Positions 53,244-64,000 of a stretch of 64,000 nt of DNA are shown here, piece by piece. Source of the stretch: Vicugna vicugna (lineage: Eukaryota); contig MU058213.1 in the NCBI GenBank assembly GCA_013265495.1, positions 1,798,001 to 1,862,000 of the forward strand. Reading direction: 5' to 3'. The notes beneath the pieces are model-generated. The model ran no database searches. It worked only from the letters and a program-made list of their open reading frames with translations, and was not told the origin of the DNA. Within the stretch, counting starts at the first letter, position 1. Each line of letters opens with the position of its first letter. A program made the translations under genes and the position numbers.

Positions 53244-53684
53244 CCTTAGACAGTTGAGCTAACAATTTTGTTGAAAGAGCTGAAATCATCCTTAAATTGT
53301 TTTTTTGATCAAGAAACACCACTGAAGGACTTTGATGTAATGCATGAAAGAACCTTGATATTCTGTCTGGGAAGTCCATTCCAGTTAGCTTTTCTAAGTC
53401 AAATGGCCACTTATCTGGTCAAAAGCTCTTGTGTACACAGGAGCACTTTTGACATGCACCATATTAAAGTCTCCAATGAAGTACAGCGCTTTGACCTACT
53501 GAATCCTGCAACACAGGTTAGCAGTTGATGCAGAGATAACAAGTTCTGTAGCATGAGAATAGATGGCAAGCCATATACCACTACATACATCTAAAAAATG
53601 GAAGGCTGAAAATGACCATTAAATTTGGCTCTTGCATTGTCAAATGTGAGGAGAAAACATGGTGAAATTATCAGCAACATAAGA

Positions 53685-53925
53685 TAATTGTTAAAAGCAC
53701 GAGGTGCTGAGTCCAACTATCTGAGCTTGCAAGGCTCCTGGTTCTATAATTCATTAGTCAGATAAATCTTAATCAGATTACTTACCTTCCTATGTGCTGT
53801 ATTTTTTAATCTGTAAAATGGGGATAGAAATAATACCTGCTTCAAAGAATTATGTCTGGGAGTACAATATCACACACAGAGCTAGTGGAGTGATTGGCAG
53901 ATGGTAGACTTTCAATAAATCCCAT
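53685..53925 (+). mobile_element. MIR SINE
   Basis: gttaaaagcac...gattacttaccttc...atctgtaaaatggggatagaaataatacctgcttca. Confidence 0.7.
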
Positions 53926-54349
53926 CTACATGTGCTTTGGGAACCTAGCTGGTATAGTGTGTTATCAATGGAGCAAAAGACCTCGTCCTAACCCACTGCT
54001 TCCAAAGTGACCCTCTACTAAGGGCTTCCAGGTAATTGACAGAGGTATTTATAGTATTAATGCTGAGCTTATGACAATGCCTATTTCTTTTTTAATCAAA
54101 TTAATAATTTGCTTATTAATATTTTTTAAATGGTGATGTTCTTATTATTGATTTCATAAGTTTCTGCTGTAATGAACAGAAGTAGATAAAATAGATCATG
54201 CTTTTCAAGTTGTAGTGGTCATACTCCTAATGAAAAACTGGGGACCACAGATTAGACAGGCAGTTATATAAGATTCTAAGTGATTCCAAAGAATCTGAAT
54301 GCAGAGGCTGTATGTGTACAAACTACACTGTAGTATTTAAATTCCTTTT

Positions 54350-54450
54350 TCACTGGAAAATTACTTAGTCTTTCTGTGTTTCTGTTTCCTTATCTATAAA
54401 ACTGAGGATAGAAACTATCTCATAAAATAACTGTGAAGATTAAATAAGAA
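54350..54450 (+). mobile_element. MIR core fragment
   Basis: aattacttagtctttctgtgtttctgtttccttatctataaaactgagg...gtgaagattaaataaga. Confidence 0.65.
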
Positions 54451-54459
54451 TTAAATTAA

Positions 54460-54965
54460 GTATATAGGATGAAATACTACTTAGCCATAAAAAAGAATGA
54501 AAATTTGCTATTTCATGGGTGTACCTTGAGGGTATTACACTAAGTTAAGAAAGTCAGTCAGAAAGACAAATACCTTATCATTTCATATTTGGAATCTAAA
54601 GAAAAGAAAACAAACAAACAAAACAAAACAAAACCCAGACTCATAAATACAAAGAGCAAATTGGTAGTTGCCATAAGGGGTGGCAGGGTGGTAGGGAGGG
54701 GTTGGGGAGAGGAGAAATGGGCAAAAGGGATTAAGAAATACAAACTTCCAGTTATAAAATAAACAAGTCATGTGCATGTAATGTACAACATGGGAAATAT
54801 AGTCAACAATATTGTATTAAATTTGTAAAGTTTCAGATGGTATCTAGACTTAATATGATGACCATTTTATAATGTATACAAATATCAAATCACTATTTGT
54901 ACACCTGGAACTAATATTATATGTCAAAAGTACTTCACTAAAAATCAATTTAAATAAAAAATAAA
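54460..54965 (+). mobile_element. L1MA-type ORF2 end and 3' UTR
   Basis: tactacttagccataaaaaagaatgaaa...cagaaagacaaatac...tacaaacttccagttataaaataaacaagtcatg...gtacacctggaactaata. Confidence 0.9.
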
Positions 54966-56744
54966 ATTTTACATATTTAGCAAACATAAATGTATATGCA
55001 TGCAAAATTTAAATGCATTTTTAAAGAAACTTCAAAATGTAAGATAAATTTCATCTTTATAATATGCTACTTTGAGGTGACTTTTGTGTACTATATTTCT
55101 TTTCTTTTGAGAATCCTTTGCTAAATTTTTGAGAAGCATAGATATAGGTGGCCTTCTAGTACTCTGGACAGCATAGAATATTTTTGACTAATACTTTTAG
55201 ATGCTATCTAAAATACCTTATGAATAACTATGTACGCTCGATATCATTTTCAGCTGTTTAGTCTCACTATCTCATACTCATTAATCACACATTGCACTCA
55301 TTAATCATGTTCAAAAGAGGATCATTAACAACTGTGACCAGATGTGCAGGAAAATCACATGCTACTGGTCATGCCTGCTAGATTACTCCGCACACTGGTC
55401 ATGGCCAGCTGTGGTAGGACAGCATCCTACCACAGTGGATGGGTGATTCTACTGTTTAGTTCAGAGCAACCATACAACCTTGGTAATTTCTTGAGCTAGC
55501 CTAAACAACCAGAGAGATACAAAGTAGGACTGCATACAGGGCAAGCAGAGGTGAGACACTCAAAGATTCCAGATAACTCTTTCTGTAAATAAATTCAGTA
55601 CACCAACACTTGCTGTAAGAAAATTTGTAAACTGGGAATTTATCCACTATTTCAGATTAATTGAAGTTCTCAACCAATCTCCATATATATGTATATATAT
55701 TATTCTACTAACTAATAAATGGTGAAGATTTCTTGCTCCTTTCCCTCATTCCTTTCACACAATTCTCTCATCCTCCTGGTAGTTATGTTAACTTTTTTGT
55801 TAGAATAATACTTACTTTGTAATAATTATTACTTGTATTATTCACAATTGGACCACATAGTATACTGATTCCTTCTCGCCCTCTTCTCGTTTGCTTAGTT
55901 TCCTATCATATGCAATACGTACCACTAATCCCTTACTGAGCCCATTGATAGAACTCTGAAATCACTCTCAGTACTCTCAGACTTGTCAGTAGTCTACCAG
56001 TTTGTTGTTCTAAGGACCTCCCTGCTGGAATCCTCTATTTTCTGCTACCACTGGCCCAGTTACTTCCTAGGCCTGCACACAGCAGTAGACATGCTATCTA
56101 CCTTCATAGTCTCCTGTGGAATGTCCTTCTTTCCTTTGTGCTGCTCTTTCTTGGTTTACTCCATCTTGAAAGTGGATCATATCCTCCAGTAGTTTTATGA
56201 GAAAAGGTGCGTGGAAGAGATTGGCTAAGTAAAGAATTCCCGGGTGGAGATGGCTTTCAAAGGAATATTTAAGTCATTGCACCATTTTCTTTCTAGCATC
56301 CAGAATTGCATGAGAAGTCTATGCCCTTCTGATTCCCTACTGTTCACATAGGGCAAAAGTTCTCTTTTCTAAAGTTTTAAAAATCATCTCTGCCTCTACT
56401 GTTGTGAACTTTCACTAGAATGGGTCTTTGTGTAGCTGGGTCTTTTTCATAAATTCTGCAGAGCACATGATGGATTCTTTTAAGTTGAAATTTGTTTTTA
56501 TCATTTCTGGAAAGTTTGCTTGATTTTATTTTACATAATTTTCTTTCCTCAGTTTTCCTTGTTTACTCTTTCTTGAACTCTCTTTAATATTATTTTTAAT
56601 ATTAGACTTCCTTTAATCAAATTGATCTTTCTATTTTCCCATTGTCTCTCCTGTTTTCTGCTTTCTGGGAAATTTCCTCAATTATGTCTTCTAAATTTTT
56701 TTTTTTGGAAAAAAACGTTCCTAGTCTTTGAATGTATGTGTATA

Positions 56745-56840
56745 TGTTTTGTTTACTGCTGTATTCTCATGGCTAGAACAGTGCCTGGTACATAGTAAAA
56801 ACTGAAAAAAGTGTATTTATTGAATTGAATAAATGAATGC
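56745..56840 (+). mobile_element. L2a 3' terminus
   Basis: tgtttactgctgtattctcatggctagaacagtgcctggtacatagta...ttgaattgaataaatgaat. Confidence 0.85.
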
Positions 56841-57189
56841 TATCACATTTTGTTAACTTCTTGGATTTTTTTTAATAGCCTCCTAGTTTTGTTCCTTGAA
56901 GGTAATTTCCTCTCTTTTCTCTGATCATATTAATTACAGATGTTTGGAGATTCCCTTGTAACACCCTATATTGTCTGCTTTTGCTATTTTCTTACACTTG
57001 TTTGTTTTGGTCTTTATCTTTTATATTGAAAGGTTCTTCATGTGTCTGATGATCCTTGGCTTTCCAATTAGTGAGGCAAAAAAATATTTTGTTTTCCTGG
57101 GAGGCTAGAGTGCTGTGTTTTACCTTGGGGTTTTCTGGCTATTGATGTTTCAGCATTGGTAGATCTTTTTTCTCAAGTTGTTTAAAAAA

Positions 57190-57795
57190 TCTTAATTATA
57201 GTAAAATATACATAACATAAAATTTGCCTTTTTAACCATTTTTAAGTGTACAGTACAGTTCAGTAATTTTAAGTATAAGAACGCTGTTGTGCAACCAATC
57301 TGCAGAACTCTTTCATCTTGAAAAGCTGAAACTCTATTCCCATTAGACAACAATTACTCATTTTTCCCTTCCTCCCCTTCTTTCTCCTCCAGGGAACTAT
57401 GATTATAATTTCTGTCTCTATGAATCTGACTACTCCAGGTTGATATGAACATGAGTGTACAAACACCTCTTTGAGATCTTGCTTTCAGAGAGATTTTGGA
57501 TATATACCCAGAAGTGGAATTACTGGATTTTATGGTAATTCTATTTTGCATTTTGTGAAGGCCCACCATACTGTTTTCCATAGCAGCTGCACCATTCTAC
57601 AACCCCATCAACAGTGCACAAGGGTTCCAACTTGTCAACGACAAGTTGGAGGACGTTGGTCCTCACCAACATTTGTCATTGCCTGTTTTTTTGATAGTAG
57701 CCACCCTAAGGTGTGTGAAGTGATATCTTGTGGTCTTGATTCACATTTCCCTAATGATTGGTGATGTTGAGTATCTTTTCATGTGTTTGTTGGCC
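57190..57795 (-). mobile_element. L1MB-type 3' end (internally deleted)
   Basis: gtaaaatatacataacataaaattt...ttaaccatttttaagtgtacag; tttggatatatacccagaagtggaatt; ttccctaatgattggtgatgttgag. Confidence 0.9.
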
Positions 57796-60700
57796 TCAGG
57801 TGGGTAATTTTATAAGAAAAAATTATTTGTCTCTTGTCCAAGGTTAATGAGAATGCTTATCAGCATTTCAAGAACAGAGCAGAAGGGAGCTGAGATGGGG
57901 ATGTGGTGATAAGTGTGCAGATTTTTATTCACCCCTTGTTTTCAAGATGATGCTCCTACTCTTGGCTGGGCTTAGTGTCCTGAGTCTAGAATCCCTTTTG
58001 ATCAACCTGTTCAGAAAAGGAATCTCCAGGCATCAGTTGGGGAGAACAGTGGGAGTGGAAATCAAGGATATTAACTGTTTCTTTTGGGTTTTCCTGCTTC
58101 AGTCATGCTTGTACCTCTACTTGCAGAGGTAACAGTTAACTCCAATTTCTGAACCTTTCTAGGAACTCTGCAACACCAGCCATCTCACTTTTTGGCATCA
58201 TCTGATGTGGCATTTATTTACTTTCTAGTTTTTAAATTTTTGCTCTGGTTACTTCTTTTCCCAGTCTCTATTTTTCTTCTGGATTTATGTCTTTCATACC
58301 GTTATTTCAGTGGGGCTTCAGGAGTGACTGGAGATAAATGTATGTCTTTAATTTGCCATGAAAATCCCTCTAGTCATTTTATTATTGTTGTTTTTTTTAT
58401 TATTGTTGTTATTATCAATTATTATTATTCCTGATCAATACTCTTTTTTTCCACTTAGGGGAAAGAAGGAGACAGAAGCAGAGAACTGTCATATGACATT
58501 TGGCCAAGCTTTATTAAAGGAAAAACAAGGATGAATGTCCCTCTTCAGGTATGTTCTGTTGGTGCTTGACACCCCTGATGCCATGGTCAGCTTCCCACTT
58601 TAACACTACCTCGACTCAGTTCATCTATTTTTAGATTTCTGCCAAATAGGAAAACATTTCTACTATATACCGTCTTCAGTGGGAAGGTAGAATTTGATAT
58701 ACACTGTTTTGCTTTACAAAATCTCAGGAACTCATTGACTTTCTAAGCTTGGGGATACTGCTTTAGAAGTACTTAAGTATTTTGGTTTGGTCTCATTCGT
58801 CACACTCATATAAAACTATAGAAGCATGCTTTTTAGTGTCATCTGATAATATGAAGACTGATAGATGTCAGGAGGGAAGCTACCTGCCATTCTGTACAAC
58901 CTGACATGGCCCATGGCCTGTCCTATTCTGACATAAAACATTCCCAGAAGATTATCTTTCAGGACCCAGAGGGAACACTATCTACTACCTATATTATTAC
59001 CCACTGAGGTGGGGAAAGCCTTGATATTTAAATAAACTGTTGAAAACTTTGAAATTAGTCCTTGATCCTGGGAATACTCAGTTAACACAAAACATTTTAA
59101 AAGAAGATTTTTTTTTATTAAAACAAACTATTTAGCTTGTTTATGCCCAACTACTCTCTCTAATCTGAGGAAAATGCTTTTTCAAGCACTGGAGTGCCAT
59201 GATAGTTGGCTATAATTAAGATTCTAAAACCAGACGTTTTTGGTATATGTGGTAATTTCAATTATTTGTAATATTATATTCAATAATATTTACATGCATA
59301 TGGTATTTGATAAATTGGAATTATTAGTCCCAGTGTCTAGATGAGAATACTGAGATTCAAGATTTATACGAAACTACTTTTGTAATGTCAAACTGTTAGT
59401 AACAAAGTGGAGGAGTGAAACACAATGCCAGCACTCCAGATTCTATGTGCTATGCCTGCTGCAATGCCAAATACTTGCGTTAAACTACATAGCTATTTGG
59501 GTAAAGTGATCAAGGATGTGAAGAAAAAAAGAAGTGAGGAACGGTAAAAACTAGATTAAAAGATAATAGCTATAGAACCCTCTTTTCACCTTCCCCAAAC
59601 CAATTAATGACATCCTCATAGCCTGGGAATTGAATTGCTGCCTGCTTCACTTGTGCCTGGAATGGTGTATATTGCTTGGTATTTTGGACACGTTGATCAA
59701 CCCTGTATAAAAAGAACTCTCTGTATTCCTTCGCAAAAGCTGCCTATGTTTACTATCATATGTCCTAGTTCTAGACAAATGCCAGAAATTAAAGAAAATC
59801 TTACTGCTCATTAGTTTCTGATACTAAGGAAGCACATGCTAATTTACATAAGTGTGGACCTCCTGGTTTCACTTCTGGCGGGGTACAGGATCTACTAGCT
59901 TCCTCAAGGCAGTGACCCCCATCAATACATTGGCTCAATACCCTTTTTTGTCTTCTGGCCTTACTTATAGGTATCCTGGGCCTCTCTTCTCAGACAGAGC
60001 CTTCATTTGAATTGCGCACAGAACTAACTTGAATGCAGTCACCTCTAGTTAGGACAATCAGAGAACATGGCTTCATTTCAATGACTAAAGGAAAATCTCT
60101 CCACATTTACCAAATACCCTGGTTTCTTAGGTGTTTACAAAGAATAAAGGGACAGACTTTCACCATTTCCCCCCCAAAAAAGCTTAGGTGGTAGTGGAAT
60201 AAAGCAGAGCTTTCTTCCTTTTTCCTTAGAGAAAGGTGTTAGCCCCGGAGAAGGTAAAGTAGTGAGCTCCTAGTAAATAAAGAAACAGAAACCTAATACT
60301 CCCAACATGTACAACAGCAGAATATGATTTCTGTATTAAGGGAAATGATGAATGTTTTCACATTATGGGAACAGCTTTAGCACAGCCTTAAAATAGTGCG
60401 TTAGAGATATGTGAGGACATAGAGAAATTTGTCTCTACACTTTAATCCTTTTCTCTTCCACAAGGATTTTTAGTAAGTATATGCTTTGGACTAGAGCTCA
60501 GAGAATGTAAAAGAAAATTTCTAGCCTTGAGTGTTGCTGCCACCTATATGGCAGGAAGACGGCAAACAAAACCCAACCCTTTTCTAGACGGGCATCGGCG
60601 ACAGTATACTTTCTATGAAAACATACTTCAGAAATCCCCAAATTTGTTTCTTTATTTGACTATCCCAATCACAATTTAAATGATAGTATTTGCTATTTTC

Positions 60701-62849
60701 ACCTCACTTCTCTCAAATTCTTGGAGAAATTGGACCAAATAGTTTTGTTTAGATTGGTGGGAATACACTGAGTGTATAACATAGGGGCTGATCCAAGGAA
60801 ATCTTCCTTATCATCAAAACAATCCTAAATGCAACTTGATCCCTGTGGCTATGACTGTCTCAGGGAGAGGATGAAGGCTCTCAATCTTACTGTGCTATAT
60901 AGATTCCACCCACCCCCGCCCCCACCCCTCACAACCGCAGGCTCTGAAACACAATAGGAAGAATTAAATAAAATGTTTTCTCAGTTGATTATAAGTTGAT
61001 GTAAATGGAGATAAAATAAATGTAAGAATTCTTTTGATATAGATAAGAGAGGTTATTTCTGATGAGAAACGCAGTTGCCACTGCAGAATTAACAAGAAAT
61101 CTCTTTAAAATTCTAAGGAAGACTTGTGATATGTGAAGAACACATCACAGACTGTCCTTTTATCTTAGATGGCATCATCCGAGGCCATGATGCTCAGTGA
61201 AAACACCTTCTCCCTAGAAAATACACACGCAAGATCGAAAAACCAATTGATGACTTTTCAGATAATTGCAATTAAAATAATTGCCAAGTGAATAAATGAT
61301 AGGTTTTGAAGGCATGCACCAACCAATTATTGCTACTGCATAACGTTATGAATATTGGCGTTTTGCTGGCATTTGGAACTTTGCAGATTTAGGCACAGCA
61401 TTGTACTAAACATGCCCTAATTATCTTTGGTGTTAAAAACCTCATATCCTTGAATAAAAAAAAATCACTGCTACCTTTCCAATTAGTAACATGTTGAAGA
61501 CAGAAAGGATTCCTCAAAACGATGATGGGGAAAACATGTTTTGTGCAATGGAAAAAGGCATTTGGAGAAACAATGTCAAAAGGAAGTACCATATAGGCTC
61601 AACATTCCCCTCTGCATACCACTAGAAATAAGCCATTTTAAACATTTTTAATGCTCTATGGCTTTAGTTTTCACATAGTATTAAAATAACTGTTTCTGAC
61701 TATTTGTATCATTATAATCATGCTCATAATGACGCAATTGTCACAGTCTATTTACCTGCAGTATGCTTTCTGGGATAAAGGTGAATTTATCCTAGACTTA
61801 ATGAGCTTAAGACTAGAAGATCCCCCCCTCCAAAAAAAACTCAGTAATCAAGATAAATATATTTTAATACAATATTTATGAAAATCAAATTAAAGCAAAA
61901 ATCCATGATATTGGAATTTTAAATAAAGATAAGATCTGAGGACAGATGAGGCTGAGAGGAGAGATGGAGTTGTAGCAGGATAGACCTCACCCAGTCCCTG
62001 TCCTGCCAATGACATGAAATGACACTTGTTGTCTTCAGGGGTCACAGTTGGACGTTTCCAGTGGCATGCTCTTACTGGAAGACTTACTAATTTCCAGTTT
62101 ACATTTTCCTCTTATGTGTCATCCGTAGAGTCCTTGTTGATGAAATCACAGCACAAAGTGTTCTGGGGACCACTGTACAGGAAGCCACATAACTTCATTA
62201 GAAAGATATCTACTCAAGAAAGTTTTAACTTTGCAACATTTTTGGTCACAGCTAATTTTCAAAGTGTTTCACAATGCTAACTACATACATGTTTACAAAA
62301 CAATGATTTTCATATGAAATTAGACACAATTTTGAGCATTTTACATGTAAAATAACATTTTGTGGAGAACCAAAGACTATATGGCACTGTTTTTAATAAC
62401 TGTATGATCAAAGTGTATGCAATATAAAATTTTTAAAATTACATGAATGAGTCTATTCTATGAAAATAAGACTTTAAAATCAATTGGAATTAATATATTC
62501 CAAGCCTTCATTTTAAATGCATGACATAAAACTGAATTTAAAAAATGCAGTTATTATGATGTGCCCTCTAAAGATTGAAGAGAGAGAATATCTTTTCTAA
62601 AACGGTGATATGAATAGTTATAAAAGACTTTTTAAAAACAGAATATTGGAGGAAAACATGCAAGGAAGGAAATAAAAAATATCCCCAACACTACCATCTA
62701 GAGATAGAATGTTAATATTTAGTAAAATATTTTCCTATCATTTTTGTAATAGTGACATGTTCAAAGTGGCCTTAATTTAATTTCTAAAATAGCAACAGAA
62801 TATTTCAGACCTGAGGCCACCGTTCTGTGTTTATAAGGCTATAAATTTT

Positions 62850-63040
62850 ACCTTATATTTGAAGTGCTTTATGGTGTTCAGATTGCTTTCCATAAACCAT
62901 CTCATAGACAGGACTTTGGACGAGTCCTGTGAGGGAGCTCTCTACATGGATGGGGAAGCAAGGCTCTGAGATGCATAGTAAGGACACGCTGCCTGGACAC
63001 GTGGCAATGAAGTCTTGGTGCTCAAACCTAGATTATTCCC
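62850..63040 (-). mobile_element. MIR fragment
   Basis: gtgctttatggtgttcagattgctttcc...cctgtgagg...atggggaagcaaggctctgag. Confidence 0.55.
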
Positions 63041-64000
63041 TTATGCAATATACCCAGTGTGTAACTCCACAATGAATAATAGAATCCTGGCTTGAAAATC
63101 TGAAAATAAGATATTCCTTGCAGGGAAGTATATAAACATAAATATCACCAAGATTATTGCCAAAAAAGGAACCCAATGTAATTTCTAAATGATTTATTTA
63201 TTACAATGACAAGGAAAACTCTGCATACAAGCCCATTTGTTTGCTAATACAATTACTCCACTGTGACCTAAGACTTGACATACAAAAGGACAAACACTTA
63301 ATCAAGAGACAATCAGTTTTGAGTTTCTAGCTGTGGTACCATGTTGTTGATTCAGTTAATTGTGTGGCAATTTACTACTTCAAGTTCTCCTCACAACAGA
63401 AATTCCTGCAATATGTTGAACATAAATCAGTGTAATTATTTTAAAACAGACTAGTGGATTTGTGTCATAAACACACTTGAACATGGATATTAGGGAACAT
63501 TATTTAAATGAGTATCTCTTAAAACTCTCATTTTTAGGAATTAAAATTTTGATACTTAATGCTGTTGGCCTCCGATATTTATATTGGTAAAAGAAGATTT
63601 TAGTCATTTGATAGGAATTTTAAAATTTTAGCAACTATAAAATATGATGTGAAAAAAATCTTTAAAAATCTCATTTAGTAATGTCAAGGACATGCTACTT
63701 CTAATTTGCTATAGCTAGTGACATCATAAAATATTTATCAAGGATTCAATATTGGTTTCCTTGGGCCTAAAAAAATGCTAAATATGACAGCTATATAAAC
63801 TTATTTTTATTGTTCTTTGAAAAAAGAATAATAGGACATAGCTATAAAAGCAAAAGTTTACCTTTAACAACTATGCCAGAACTTGAGCATTCAAGTTAGT
63901 TTTAACTGTTAAAATTACCCTTTTGAGAGGATATATCTTTATTTGATACTGCCATAATTAAAAATAACAATCGGGAGTTCTGCTAGCACACAGCATGCAA

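Larger units (their letters stand above)
55740..58375 (-). mobile_element. Very old L1 (L1ME/HAL1-like) remnant hosting L2 and L1MB insertions
   Basis: tcctccagtagtttt, tcttctagcatccag...tgagaagtct, tttttcataaattctgcagagcac; heavily decayed. Confidence 0.55.

Noticed and set aside
62057..62081. ttccagt...actggaa hairpin as a possible miRNA
   Set aside because: The stem is only about 7 bp, far too short for a pre-miRNA
1..64000. CRISPR array, operon or other prokaryote-style novel system
   Set aside because: The sequence is mammalian repeat-rich non-coding DNA, with no regularly spaced repeat-spacer array or gene-dense ORFs

Overview
This is AT-rich, CpG-depleted, non-coding mammalian DNA (large intron or gene desert). 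I recognise no protein-coding gene, RNA gene, CpG island or prokaryote-type system. The ORF track is explained by chance ORFs and decayed L1 ORF1/ORF2 remnants. Much of the window is interspersed repeat: L1 of several ages, L2, MIR, L3/CR1, MLT1/MLT2/LTR33/LTR41-type LTRs, and MER20/58/91/94/103 DNA transposons. Short young L1 3' ends of a type I associate with camelids, plus no visible Alu, B1, Bov-tA/BovB, PRE-1 or SINEC copies, suggest a camel or alpaca genome (inference). The most notable structures are small and local: a twin-primed L1 insertion inside an MLT1 LTR, an MLT2 LTR with an inverted terminal copy plus a tandem duplication, a 19-bp doubly inverted templated insertion, a duplicated 35-bp DR1-containing element, three orphan exon candidates and several enhancer/CTCF-like patches. 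I found no convincing novel biological system. Repeat family names come from memory of consensus sequences, and boundaries are approximate unless TSDs are given.
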